A stretch of 57,172 nt of DNA from Lentisphaeria bacterium (GCA_041690595.1 JAWLHB010000050.1:1-57172), one strand, 5' to 3'; shown: positions 32,513-42,358, counted from the first letter of the stretch. Numbers and translations: made by a program. Notes: generated by a model not told the origin, from the sequence alone.

Positions 32513-33070
32513 ATGGCACTCACACCATCCACCATGATGCCGCTGGGCACGCCGGCACCCAACTTCAGCCTGCCGGAGCCGCTGACCGGTAACATGATCT
32601 CGCTGGCGGATGCACGCGGAGAGAAGGCGACGGTGGTCATGTTTATCTGCAATCACTGTCCATTCGTGAAACACGTCAATCCGGAGTTGGTGCGGCTTGG
32701 GCATGATTATCTGGAGAAAGGCGTGGGATTTGTCGCGATCTCGAGCAACGACGCGGAGCATTATCCAGACGATGCTCCCGGGAAGATGGCGGAGGTGGCG
32801 AAGTCAGTCGGTTACCCGTTCCCCTATCTCTACGATGAGACGCAGGAGGTGGCCAAAGCCTATAATGCGGCATGCACACCGGACTTCTACATCTTTGATG
32901 CCACCATGACGTGCGCCTACCGCGGACAACTGGATGACTCACGCCCCGGAAATGACAAGGCGCTGGATGGCAGCGATATCCGGAATGCGCTGGACGCGTT
33001 GCTGGCAGGTAAGATGATCTCGGGCGAACAGAAGCCGAGCGCCGGCTGCAATATCAAGTGGAAAAAGTGA
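32513..33070 (+). CDS. Thioredoxin-fold AhpC/TSA-like protein
   Basis: MFICNHCPFV (CxxC), AACTPDF, YRGQLDDSRP and GCNIKWK; GGAG RBS before ATG 32513. Confidence 0.92.
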   Translation: MALTPSTMMPLGTPAPNFSLPEPLTGNMISLADARGEKATVVMFICNHCPFVKHVNPELVRLGHDYLEKGVGFVAISSNDAEHYPDDAPGKMAEVAKSVGYPFPYLYDETQEVAKAYNAACTPDFYIFDATMTCAYRGQLDDSRPGNDKALDGSDIRNALDALLAGKMISGEQKPSAGCNIKWKK

Positions 33071-33155
33071 AGGCGCCGTGCCGCCGGAGCGACATCGACG
33101 CCTGTTCACCTTGCATGACTATGGTATAGAGAGCTTTACGGCTCGCGCGTCAAGC

Positions 33156-33389
33156 TCAAGTGCGATCCTTGATCTCGTCGACTCCTGAATTGCGGGCACA
33201 GTTGGCGCAGCAGAAGATGGAGTTGTCGGACTCAACGCCATGGCCGATGATCCGGCAGCCGCAATGGCTGCATTTGGGCGCCAGGCTGGTGATCGCGCAC
33301 TCGAAGGAGTCGAAGGTATGGGTTTCGCCCTCGAACTCGATCGTCATAGTCTTGTCGTAATCATTGCCACAGGTTTCGCAGGTAGCCAT
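33156..33389 (-). CDS. Small Cys-rich metal-binding (prokaryotic metallothionein-like) protein, 77 aa
   Basis: MATCETCGNDYDK...FDSFECAI...CSHCGCRIIGHG...FCCANCA, with a GGAG RBS upstream. The real start is 33389 inside the longer listed ORF. Confidence 0.85.
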   Translation of the reverse strand: MATCETCGNDYDKTMTIEFEGETHTFDSFECAITSLAPKCSHCGCRIIGHGVESDNSIFCCANCARNSGVDEIKDRT

Positions 33390-33466
33390 AGCAGAAATCT
33401 CCCTTTGATTAGAGATGTCGGTAGCGGGGGCTGCGATTCTTGTAGCAGGATCCTTGCCGATTGTAC

Positions 33467-34852
33467 TCAGGTATAATGGAGTTGCGCCGTGGCGACGGTG
33501 TCGTGTGAGGGGATGAGACGCAGCCAGTGCGCGCTGAAGCCGACGGGGAAGGTGAAGAAAGCGGCTCCCTGTGGTCCGGCTTCCAGCGTGGTAAAGGTCT
33601 GCCAGTGACCATCGCCGCGCGCATCGACCTGCAGTTGGAAGGTGACGGCTTCGGCGCCGTTGTGACTGAGGTGCAGGCACTTGCCGTCGAATCCGGTCAT
33701 CAGGTAGGGATCGGAGGGTTGGTTGGCGACGACGGGGCTGTCCCACCAGGGGCCGCCCCACCCTTTGGCCTTGCCGAGCTTCCAGAGGTCGTCGGTGCGG
33801 CCAAACCAGAGGCCGGATTGGGGTTCGGCGCACTGGAGGTTGCCGCCGGCATCGTGGGAGCAGTTGTCGCTGCCGATGACCAGGTTGCCGCGCCAGCTGC
33901 AGAAGTCGCCGTGAACCCAGAGGTGGGTGGAGATGGGCCGCACGCCCCAGACATGGCCGCCGTAGGCCCAGGGGGAGAGTTCATACCACATGCCATGGAG
34001 GTCCATCAGGAAACGCTCATGCTCCACCGATCGGATACGGGGCCATTCGGTGGCCCATTTGTGGTCGAAGGTATGGGACGCTTTGGGCAGACGATAATCG
34101 CGCCATTGGCCATCGGTATGGGTATAGACGGTGAGCAGGGCGCTGGCCTTGTCCCAGCCGGTGGCGAAGATGGTGTCGCCAAGGAAGCCGAGTCCGTTGA
34201 CGGCCACGTAGGGGGCGCGACGGATTACCTTCCATGAAGAGCCGTCGAACTCCGCCAGGAGCCCTTCGTGCCGCTGACCGGTGAACTCGCGACTGTCATA
34301 CTCGTTGTTGACGACGATCAGACGCCCGCACTTGCTGTAGCAGTCCTTGAAGTGGCAGTTGCCTTCGCGATTGGTTGCCAGTTCGCGGGTGAGATCGAAG
34401 ATCTGGTTGACCGCGAGAGTATGCACGTCGAGTTCGAAAAGTTCCCCTTCCATGCCAAGCATGTAGACGAGGCGATCGGGGTCGGTGAGGTGGCGAGCGG
34501 TGCCGCAGAGGCGGATGTCGACAAGCGGGGTCACGGTCCGCACGCGATGGTCGGTATCGATGAGGTGAGGGCCGATGATGAGCTGGCTGCTGGCGTGATG
34601 GACGAAGCGGTTGGCGTAGGTGCCGTCGACTGCGGCTGGATGGCGTGACATGGTCATATCGGGCTCGATGACGCGCAGGCCGGTGCCGGTGCCGGTGGTG
34701 CGGCGATGGGAAACGTAGTTGAGCACGTAAAGCTTGCTCTGCCACGGCATGAGGCAGCCGATGCCGATCTCGCTACGAGGTGGGCCGAAATCGGCAATCT
34801 GGGCAAATTCCGGAATCACGCCGCTGAACTGATGAATGGGGGATGTAGCCAT
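33467..34852 (-). CDS. Conserved hypothetical Trp/Gly-rich protein (probable beta-propeller)
   Basis: Long ORF with typical codon usage; start MATSPIH after AGGAG; divergent from an AraC regulator. Confidence 0.75.
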   Translation of the reverse strand: MATSPIHQFSGVIPEFAQIADFGPPRSEIGIGCLMPWQSKLYVLNYVSHRRTTGTGTGLRVIEPDMTMSRHPAAVDGTYANRFVHHASSQLIIGPHLIDTDHRVRTVTPLVDIRLCGTARHLTDPDRLVYMLGMEGELFELDVHTLAVNQIFDLTRELATNREGNCHFKDCYSKCGRLIVVNNEYDSREFTGQRHEGLLAEFDGSSWKVIRRAPYVAVNGLGFLGDTIFATGWDKASALLTVYTHTDGQWRDYRLPKASHTFDHKWATEWPRIRSVEHERFLMDLHGMWYELSPWAYGGHVWGVRPISTHLWVHGDFCSWRGNLVIGSDNCSHDAGGNLQCAEPQSGLWFGRTDDLWKLGKAKGWGGPWWDSPVVANQPSDPYLMTGFDGKCLHLSHNGAEAVTFQLQVDARGDGHWQTFTTLEAGPQGAAFFTFPVGFSAHWLRLIPSHDTVATAQLHYT

Positions 34853-34952
34853 GGTTTCTCCTGTGGGTTGATGCTTTACCATTGCACGCCGGCATACATT
34901 TCGCCACAACGACAACTTGCCGAATTTACCCAAAGCCTTACCTTATTGTATC

Positions 34953-35828
34953 ATGGAGAACCATAATCACGAGATGCCCCGCTACCGTGACTGGCTCGGC
35001 TTGACCACCAGGCTGCTCTGGTGTTATGACGATCGGGTGGACTGGCGACGAACGCCGCCGGGCAGACAGATCGTGCCGCTTTACGCCCACAACAGCGCCT
35101 GGCTGGTGCGCGAAGGTTGGGCCGAGGTGGATGATGGAAAGCACACTCTCCGCGCGAATCCGGGGGAATGGCTGATCGGACGACCAGGGCGCAAGAGCCA
35201 GCGTTTTGGGCCGGAGACACGCCTGCTGTCGATCGCTTTCGACGTCCACTGGGCGGATGGAGGCTTCTGGCTGCAGAAGGGGTTGAGCCTGGTCCTCAAG
35301 GCGGCTGGCGCTCCGGGGCTGGAGAGCCGCGCCCGGCCGATGGTTCGCGCGCTCGAACGCATTGCCCCGGACACTTGGGATGCACGAGAGCATCGCTTCG
35401 CCCATGCAAGCTTCTGGCGTCTGCAGAGCGCCTTGATGCTCTGGCTGATCGAGCTGGTGGATGCGCTGGCAGCACATGGCGTCACCCCGGACTACCGCGA
35501 TCCGGTGGATGAACGGCTGGTACAGGCAAGACGGCGCATCGATGCATGGCCAGTGGCTGAGCCGCTCCATTTAGAGCAGATCGCCGCCGAAGTCGGCCTC
35601 AGCTCCGTCCACCTGCAGCGACGCTTTCAAGAGCTCTTTTCCACGACGCCAAAGCGGTACTTCGACGACCTGCGTCTGGCGATGGCGCAGCAACGCTTGC
35701 GGCTGCCGAATACCCTGGTGAAGGAGGTGGCGTCGGCAGTCGGCTTTGCGCACCAGGCGCACTTCACCCGCTGGTACCGCCAACGAACCGGTTGCACCCC
35801 CAGGGAGCATCTGCACCACGAGGGGTGA
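34953..35828 (+). CDS. AraC-family transcriptional regulator
   Basis: C-terminal double HTH LEQIAAEVGLSSVHLQRRF...VKEVASAVGFAHQAHFTRWYRQRTGCTP. Confidence 0.92.
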   Translation: MENHNHEMPRYRDWLGLTTRLLWCYDDRVDWRRTPPGRQIVPLYAHNSAWLVREGWAEVDDGKHTLRANPGEWLIGRPGRKSQRFGPETRLLSIAFDVHWADGGFWLQKGLSLVLKAAGAPGLESRARPMVRALERIAPDTWDAREHRFAHASFWRLQSALMLWLIELVDALAAHGVTPDYRDPVDERLVQARRRIDAWPVAEPLHLEQIAAEVGLSSVHLQRRFQELFSTTPKRYFDDLRLAMAQQRLRLPNTLVKEVASAVGFAHQAHFTRWYRQRTGCTPREHLHHEG

Positions 35829-35834
35829 ACCCGT

Positions 35835-36632
35835 TCAGCTTTCGTCGCCGTGATGGCGCGGACGTGCGAGTCCGCGTTCACTGGTGAGAGCGAACTCGAT
35901 CATCGCGCTCACGTCGGGAGAATCCGGGAATTCGGCTCGCAACTCCTCGATGGCTTTCTCCAGCGAGAGGCCGGAGCGGATGATCTTGCGGAAGGCGAGT
36001 CCAACTACCCGTATCTGTTCGCGCGATCTCCCGAGGCGTTCCATCTTGACCTTGTTGATGGAGCGCAGTTCGGCCGGATTTCCATCGGCGATGCAGAAGG
36101 GCAGAACGTCCTGTACGAGCTTGGAATAGCCGCCGACGAGCCCCATGGTACCCACCCGGGCAAATGGCACGATGCCGGCATTGCCCATGATCACGGCATG
36201 ATCGCCAATCTGCACATGGCCCGCCAGCATGGCGCCACTGGTCATGATGATGCCATCGCCAAGGGTGCATTCATGAGCGATATGACAGTATGCCTGAATC
36301 AGGCAATCGCTGCCGATATGCGTGACTCCCCCATCTTCCGTGGCCGCGTGGATCGTCACGTACTCGCGAATGGCGTTTCGGCTGCCGATCTCGACCCGGG
36401 CCACCCCCCCCTTGTACTTGAGATCCTGGGTCTTCTTGCCAAGGCACGCAAAGGAGAAGACTTCACACTCGTCCCCAAGGGAAGTATGGCCGTCAATCAC
36501 CGCATGCGACTGCAGGATACAACGGTTGCCGAGCGTGACATGGGGGCCCACACAGGCGTATGCGCCTATCTGGCATTCTTCGCCGAGGCGGGCGCCATCT
36601 TCGATGATGGCGGTAGGATGGATCTTGCTCAT
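35835..36632 (-). CDS. lpxA: UDP-N-acetylglucosamine acyltransferase
   Basis: IHPTAIIEDGA, hexapeptide repeats, QDLKYKG, IREYVTIH and HIAHEC. Confidence 0.93.
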   Translation of the reverse strand: MSKIHPTAIIEDGARLGEECQIGAYACVGPHVTLGNRCILQSHAVIDGHTSLGDECEVFSFACLGKKTQDLKYKGGVARVEIGSRNAIREYVTIHAATEDGGVTHIGSDCLIQAYCHIAHECTLGDGIIMTSGAMLAGHVQIGDHAVIMGNAGIVPFARVGTMGLVGGYSKLVQDVLPFCIADGNPAELRSINKVKMERLGRSREQIRVVGLAFRKIIRSGLSLEKAIEELRAEFPDSPDVSAMIEFALTSERGLARPRHHGDES

Positions 36633-36669
36633 GAAGGTCTCCGGTCTGACGGCCGCAGGCAGCTGGGTC

Positions 36670-37611
36670 TCAGTCTTGTGGCATGATGGTGACTTTGATA
36701 TCCGTTTCGGCGACCAGTTCGCTGCCCACATAAAGCTTGGAAATGGCCTGGCCGAAGCGCTCGCGCTTCAGTGTCAGTACCGAATCGATCAGCAACTGGT
36801 CTCCTGGGAGAATGGGCCGATGGAAGCTCCCCTTGTCGATCGACATGAAGTAGCCGATCTTACCTTGGTGCTCTGGACGCGAAAGGAGAGCGGCGCAGCC
36901 AGCCTGGGCAGCGATCTCCGGCACCAGATAGCTGGGCAGAAACGGATGCTGGAAAGTGGAAGCGCGGAAGAAGGGCTCGTTGTAGGTGATATTCTTGAGC
37001 GCGACAAAGCGTCCGCCCCCATCGTCCGTGGGCTGGGTCGCCACGATGCGGTCGATGAGCAGGTAGGGAAAGCGGTGCGGGATGGCGGCCATGATGCCAA
37101 CGGTGCTCAAGCCTTCGCCCTCGAAGAAAACCTTGGGATCCGGCGCCAGCTCACGCGGCTGAAGATCGAGTTGCGCATCCAGGAAGCCGATAGTCAGCAG
37201 CGCCTGACTGGTGACCTGGCCGTCCACTTCGGTAGTCGCATCGACGAGGAAACGCCCGTTTTCGGACTCGCTGATGGCGGCCTTGATCAGCAGACGGTCG
37301 CCGGGGATGACGGGCTTGCGGAACTTGATGCGCTCGGCGGCGAAGATGAATGGATAACCGGTGTGGGCCGGCTGCATGTCGCAGAGGATCAGCGTCGCCA
37401 ACTGATTCATGGCTTCGACCTGAAGGACCCCTGGCAGAATCGGATGATTGGGGAAATGGCCGCAGAAATGGGCTTCGCCCACGCTGATATTCTTGATCGC
37501 CACACCGCTGCGCCCGGATTCCAGGATCTGGGCGCGATCCACCATCAGGTAAGGCGGACGCTGCGGCAGAATCTGCTGGATACGCTCGATATTCAGAAGA
37601 TGATTACTCAT
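36670..37611 (-). CDS. fabZ: Tandem two-domain 3-hydroxyacyl-ACP dehydratase (FabZ-FabZ fusion)
   Basis: Domain 1 has ILPQRPPYLMVDR, HFCGHFPNHPILPGVLQVEAM and KFRKPVIPGD. Domain 2 has IPHRFPYLLIDR, KNITYNEPFF and FHRPILPGD. The gene lies between lpxC and lpxA. Confidence 0.88.
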   Translation of the reverse strand: MSNHLLNIERIQQILPQRPPYLMVDRAQILESGRSGVAIKNISVGEAHFCGHFPNHPILPGVLQVEAMNQLATLILCDMQPAHTGYPFIFAAERIKFRKPVIPGDRLLIKAAISESENGRFLVDATTEVDGQVTSQALLTIGFLDAQLDLQPRELAPDPKVFFEGEGLSTVGIMAAIPHRFPYLLIDRIVATQPTDDGGGRFVALKNITYNEPFFRASTFQHPFLPSYLVPEIAAQAGCAALLSRPEHQGKIGYFMSIDKGSFHRPILPGDQLLIDSVLTLKRERFGQAISKLYVGSELVAETDIKVTIMPQD

Positions 37612-37660
37612 GTCGTTTCCAATCCAGTCTTTGGGTTCCACATGCTGAGAGAAATTGACT

Positions 37661-38515
37661 TCAAACCAGGGCAAGCTCCGGCCGCAGCGAGCGGCAGATG
37701 TGCTGCGCCATCGCCACGTTGAGCGGGTGCCCCGGCTTCACGGCGATAACATGACCGATGAAACGGCCTCCGATCAGGCTCAGGTCACCGACGATGTCGA
37801 GCATCTTGTGCCGAACGAACTCATCGGAGTAACGAAGGCCGTCCTTGGAGATGATGGCCCCATCCTTCATCACCACCGCGTTGTCCAGGCTGCCGCCCCG
37901 GATCAGCCCGCGCTTCATCAGGTATTCGATCTCCTCGTAGAGGCAGAAGGTGCGAGCCTCGCACAACTGATTGACAAAGCTGTCGGCTGTCACTTCCAGA
38001 TTGAGATATTGCGTATCCATCAACGTGGCGCCGTACTTCACGGTGCAGGAGATGCGGTAGCAGTCGGACGGGATCAGGATCAGCTTGCTGTCTCCCTGCT
38101 CCACGTACAGGGGTTCCGTCACCCGAAATACCTGCCGCATGCTTCCCTGCACCTCGACGCCGGCCGCGGCGATGAGCTTGCAATAGGGAGCGCTGCTTCC
38201 GTCCGCGATGGGTGGCTCGGGGCCGTCCATATCCAGCACTGCATTGTCGATGCCGAGCGCATAAAGTGCTGCCAGTACATGCTCGACAGTATGAACCTGA
38301 GCATCGCCACAGCGAATGGTTGTCGCCCGCACCACATCGACCACATGGTCCACATGAGCCTTGACGGCGGGTGCACCCGGCAGATCGATGCGCCGAATCA
38401 CGATGCCGGTGTCGGCCGCGGCGGGGGAAATCGTGAGGTGAGCCCGTCCCCCCGTGTGCAGGGCGATTCCGGTGTAACGGGTGGGCTGCCGAATAGTGCG
38501 CTGGCGATCGTCCAA
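37661..38515 (-). CDS. lpxC: UDP-3-O-acyl-GlcNAc deacetylase
   Basis: RQRTI, GIALHTG, TVEHVLAAL, PIADGSS, ARTF and EFVRHKMLDIVGDL. Probable TTG start at 38515; the start is uncertain. Confidence 0.93.
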   Translation of the reverse strand: MDDRQRTIRQPTRYTGIALHTGGRAHLTISPAAADTGIVIRRIDLPGAPAVKAHVDHVVDVVRATTIRCGDAQVHTVEHVLAALYALGIDNAVLDMDGPEPPIADGSSAPYCKLIAAAGVEVQGSMRQVFRVTEPLYVEQGDSKLILIPSDCYRISCTVKYGATLMDTQYLNLEVTADSFVNQLCEARTFCLYEEIEYLMKRGLIRGGSLDNAVVMKDGAIISKDGLRYSDEFVRHKMLDIVGDLSLIGGRFIGHVIAVKPGHPLNVAMAQHICRSLRPELALV

Positions 38516-38904
38516 GTGGTAGATTTCCAAAAGGTGGGATAGTGTAAGTATTGGGTCATGTACTTGACCCCGGATGGTGGCCTTTTCAAGTGGTCGCCGC
38601 CGCCATTCCTTCCCACCATCACGGCGGCTCCGATGCCGCGATGGCTCGACGGTGGAATAACAGCACACGGGCAAAGCCTCGCTTTTTGCCTGAATATCGG
38701 GGATGTACTTGACTTTTCCGCGCCGGAGCGGTCAAGTAGCCACATCGTCTAGATGCGCAGTATCTGGAATTGAGACAGCACTTTGGATCTTGACCCACCA
38801 GCCCAACCTCTGGGGAATGAGGTCGGAAGAAGTAGCTGCCGGTGACTACATGCGTGCGAATGACGATAATGCATCCATCAGCAATTTAGGAAAAGCCTCC
38901 TCAG

Positions 38905-39231
38905 ATGAATGAAACGGTGAAGAGACTGCTCATGTTGCAGGAACTCAACATTACCCTGAAAGAAGCTGCGATTGTGCATGGGGACGATCTCGAGGAGCAG
39001 GATACAACCCTCTTGAATTCCCGAGTTGCGGAGCTGCGTCTGCAGATTCCCCCTGAACTCCTTTCACGATATGATCGTCTCTCGCGTCAGGGTCTGGCGG
39101 TCGTGAAAATTCACCATGGCATGTGTCTTGGCTGCAATATCGGCATCGCCCGCGGCGATATCAACCGCATTCTGGCTGGAAAGCTTGAACCGGTGTGTCC
39201 CCATTGTGGTAAGTTTGTCATAAACGAGTAG
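38905..39231 (+). CDS. C4-type zinc-ribbon protein (DUF164/zf-RING_7-like, short)
   Basis: LLSRYDRL...CLGCNI...CPHCGK. Confidence 0.8.
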   Translation: MNETVKRLLMLQELNITLKEAAIVHGDDLEEQDTTLLNSRVAELRLQIPPELLSRYDRLSRQGLAVVKIHHGMCLGCNIGIARGDINRILAGKLEPVCPHCGKFVINE

Positions 39232-39272
39232 AAGTGATCAGCATGTTAAATAACGGGAAGGTGTAGTCGCCT

Positions 39273-39743
39273 GTGTCTACGCTCATGAATCTTTCGACTT
39301 TTCTTGCCGCCGATCGGATTGTTCTTGGATTGACCGCGGCCACCCCACGTGAGGTGCTCGAAAAACTTGTCGACCCCATGGTCAAGGCTGACATCGTTTC
39401 GGATCCAGAACGCTTTCTGGCTGATCTTGAGCGACGTGAAGCGGAAATCACCACCGTCATGGAAAATGGCGTGGTCATACCCCATGCGCGTTCCAACGCG
39501 GTCAAGCGCCTTGGCCTGTGCGTCGGCATCGCAAGCGAACCGGGCATCATCTTCAATCCGGAAGCAGGCGTGCTCAGTCGCCTCTTCTTCTGCATTGCCG
39601 TTCCCGCTTTCGCCCCCACCGCGCACATGCCCCTGCTCCAGCGTCTCGCTAAATTCGCCCGCGAGCCGCAACGTGTCGAGCGCCTCCTGAAGAGCAAGAC
39701 CGCCTCCATTGGTTCGCGATATCTCGGTAGCTACAAAGGCTGA
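39273..39743 (+). CDS. PTS EIIA-domain protein (fructose/nitrogen type)
   Basis: RREAEITT..NGVVIPHAR, containing the phospho-His motif of the EIIA-2 family. Confidence 0.88.
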   Translation: MSTLMNLSTFLAADRIVLGLTAATPREVLEKLVDPMVKADIVSDPERFLADLERREAEITTVMENGVVIPHARSNAVKRLGLCVGIASEPGIIFNPEAGVLSRLFFCIAVPAFAPTAHMPLLQRLAKFAREPQRVERLLKSKTASIGSRYLGSYKG

Positions 39744-39749
39744 GACCGT

Positions 39750-42323
39750 CTATCTTGGCGCGTCACGTTCGACCACGTCCCGTGGCAGCAGCAGCGTTTC
39801 CGCTTTCTCCGCAACAAAGGGCGGCACCGTCAGCAACTGCAGCCGCCCGCTGATCCCCTCGATCCGCCACAACTTGCCGTCCTCGCCATCCGGCACAGGT
39901 ATTGAAAAGTAGTCCGCTTCCGTAAAGGTGTGGGCGACCGTACCATCCGGAGCCAGGATCTGGCCTTCACTGGCAGCGCAGAAGCCGCCAATTTCACCGA
40001 CTCCCTTCGGCACATAGAAGTAGCCATAGCGCCGGCCGGCATGGGACGACGACTGGGTAGCGCTGAACTCGCAGACCCGGCCGACGTCTTCCGGAAAGAC
40101 AACACTGGTCCTGTCCATGCCATCCGTAACGATCAGACGATGCAGTCCGGAGTGTGGCGTGGTCAGGGTGACCTCGCGGCTCTCGCCGTCAGGCGGACTG
40201 CTTCCGGTGGCCACCGGCTCCTCCTGCTTGCTGCTGTAAAGCGAAAGCTGCGCATCCCCACGGTCACGATAGTGTGCAATCAGTCCCCCTTGCACCTGCA
40301 CCGCGAAGGTGGTCGGCGCCTCGTCGACCCACAGATAATAGATCCTTCGCCCCCGATCGGTGACCGAGTCGCTCACCGGCCTCACCGGCTCCAGCTTGAG
40401 TGGCGAAGCCGGTATCAGATCATAGCTCCACGTGCGTTCGTCGAAGGTGACAACCGGATTGTTGGCGATGCCTTCGGTCAGCATCTGCTCCAGCTCGTGA
40501 CGCTCCCAGGGCTCGCTGCTCTTCCATGGATTGTAGACCGGTTCCGGACGCTCGACGACCGCTTCCTCCAGTTCATCCATCATCCCGTCCAGGCCGGTGC
40601 CAGGCTCTTCAGGACGTGTCCCTTCGGCTTTCTGCCAGTGCGCCTCGACCGGAACATGGACCGACTTGTCGCGACCGGGCAGATCGCGGTAGAGCGCGAG
40701 ACTGTGGATCATGTGGGTACGCCGCATGCGGTACGCGTGCCGGATTACCTGCTCGAAGGCGGCTTGCCGCTTCTGGCCCGAGTTGGTGGAGTACTCGCGG
40801 TACAACTCCACATACCGCACATAAAGGAGGAGGTGATCCAATCGCGCCAGTATCTGCCGGTTCTCTCCCGCCAGCTCACGCGCCTCCTTCAAGCACCCAT
40901 AGAGGCGGCCGACAAGATCGCGTGACAACTGCGTCGGCTCTTCACCGCCGACAATCCGGTAGAACTGCCGCATCGGCTCTCGCGCCTCGCCGAAGCAGTC
41001 GCGCAGAAATTCCTCCTGCCGCTCGTCGAGCCGGTCCACCTCACGCACATCCCACAACATGCGGCCGGCCAGGTAGAAGCCAAGCCCGCAGACGCCCCAG
41101 TTATCGCTCGATTCAGCGGTCAGAAATCGCGCGCCCAGCTCATGGAAGCCGGGGACGGTGCGGCGAAGATAAGCAATCTGGCTGCCGCGGGGACGACCGG
41201 GCAGGTCCCTGTCCCAGGTGCTCACCCCATAGTACTCGCGGATGCCGAACTGCTCCACTCCCTGAGCCTTCCACCCGGCGATATAATCCTCGACCTTCGC
41301 CCCTTTCAGGAAGGCCGTCGCGGCATTGATGATGACCCGCGGACGCGCCGCGATGGTCGGTGGCGGCGCATGTTCATTATAGGCATACATGGCGACGTAA
41401 CGCTCGGGAAACTCCGCTTCCAGCATCTCCGAAACAGCGTTCGCCAGGGTCAGAGCGCGATTACTGGCCGAACCGATCGCCCGGCAGGCCTCGCATTCGC
41501 ACCAGCCGCCCCCATCGCTGGGATCTACCGAGACCGAATCCATCCTGGAATTGCGGAGCAGCTGCCGCCGCGCATCCTCCCGTACCAGCGCCAGCACCTC
41601 CGGATTGCCGATGCAGAGCTTGGTCGACTTCCGCTCCCCGTCGAGCAGACCGTAGTACTCCGGGTGCGCATCGAAGATCGCCTTGTTCCTGGAGATGATC
41701 CCGTCATAGGCATGCCCCGTATTGAGCGCGAAGCTGCTGACAGTGCGGTTGCGGATATGCCACCGAAGGTCACTCTCGCGATTCTCCGGCCAGCTGCCGT
41801 AGCCATACCAGATCCGCCGCACCAGGTAATCCGGAACCTCAACCACATCCAAGGCCAGGCTGGGTGCCGGAACTACCGGCACATGCTCCCATACCTCCCC
41901 CGGAAAGTACTGCCGGTAGCCGAGCTGGAAGAGCAGATCCCAGACCCCGTGCCTGGCCCCCAGCGCCGTATTGCCGATGACCCACACCCCATCCGCGTGG
42001 CTCCGCAGAAGGTAGGCTTCCTGGGTGCCCAATCCATCCGTTTGCAGCGCGCCCAGATCGCCGATCTTCGTAAAATCCTCGCGTGCACCGACGGCGATAC
42101 CGCTCTGCCCATCCCCTTCCGCCACCGAGAACGCCGCGCCAGTCATGCGCCCCAGCACATTCGCCAGGTCGGCCGCCGCCTCACGGACCATCTCCTCCGC
42201 GGTTGCCGATACCACGATCGGCATGGCCGCCCGACCATCCCCGGCAAGTTGTACCTCGATCGCCGACTCCGCCACGAATGCGACGGCTATCCACACCAGT
42301 ATCCAAATTTTATATGCATGCAT
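39750..42323 (-). CDS. Secreted DUF4838-type putative glycan-active protein
   Basis: Signal peptide, GH20b-like N-terminus (AADLANVLGRMTGA, EAYLLRS), HPEYYGL, KLCIGNPEV, SVDPSDGGGWCECEAC and MYAY. Confidence 0.8.
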   Translation of the reverse strand: MHAYKIWILVWIAVAFVAESAIEVQLAGDGRAAMPIVVSATAEEMVREAAADLANVLGRMTGAAFSVAEGDGQSGIAVGAREDFTKIGDLGALQTDGLGTQEAYLLRSHADGVWVIGNTALGARHGVWDLLFQLGYRQYFPGEVWEHVPVVPAPSLALDVVEVPDYLVRRIWYGYGSWPENRESDLRWHIRNRTVSSFALNTGHAYDGIISRNKAIFDAHPEYYGLLDGERKSTKLCIGNPEVLALVREDARRQLLRNSRMDSVSVDPSDGGGWCECEACRAIGSASNRALTLANAVSEMLEAEFPERYVAMYAYNEHAPPPTIAARPRVIINAATAFLKGAKVEDYIAGWKAQGVEQFGIREYYGVSTWDRDLPGRPRGSQIAYLRRTVPGFHELGARFLTAESSDNWGVCGLGFYLAGRMLWDVREVDRLDERQEEFLRDCFGEAREPMRQFYRIVGGEEPTQLSRDLVGRLYGCLKEARELAGENRQILARLDHLLLYVRYVELYREYSTNSGQKRQAAFEQVIRHAYRMRRTHMIHSLALYRDLPGRDKSVHVPVEAHWQKAEGTRPEEPGTGLDGMMDELEEAVVERPEPVYNPWKSSEPWERHELEQMLTEGIANNPVVTFDERTWSYDLIPASPLKLEPVRPVSDSVTDRGRRIYYLWVDEAPTTFAVQVQGGLIAHYRDRGDAQLSLYSSKQEEPVATGSSPPDGESREVTLTTPHSGLHRLIVTDGMDRTSVVFPEDVGRVCEFSATQSSSHAGRRYGYFYVPKGVGEIGGFCAASEGQILAPDGTVAHTFTEADYFSIPVPDGEDGKLWRIEGISGRLQLLTVPPFVAEKAETLLLPRDVVERDAPR

Positions 42324-42358
42324 GCCTATGGGACACTCGTATCGTCATGAGGTTCAGA

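Noticed and set aside
39224..39251. dif site
   Set aside because: Only the XerD-like half resembles consensus; the XerC arm and the TAA-N6-TTA core are missing.
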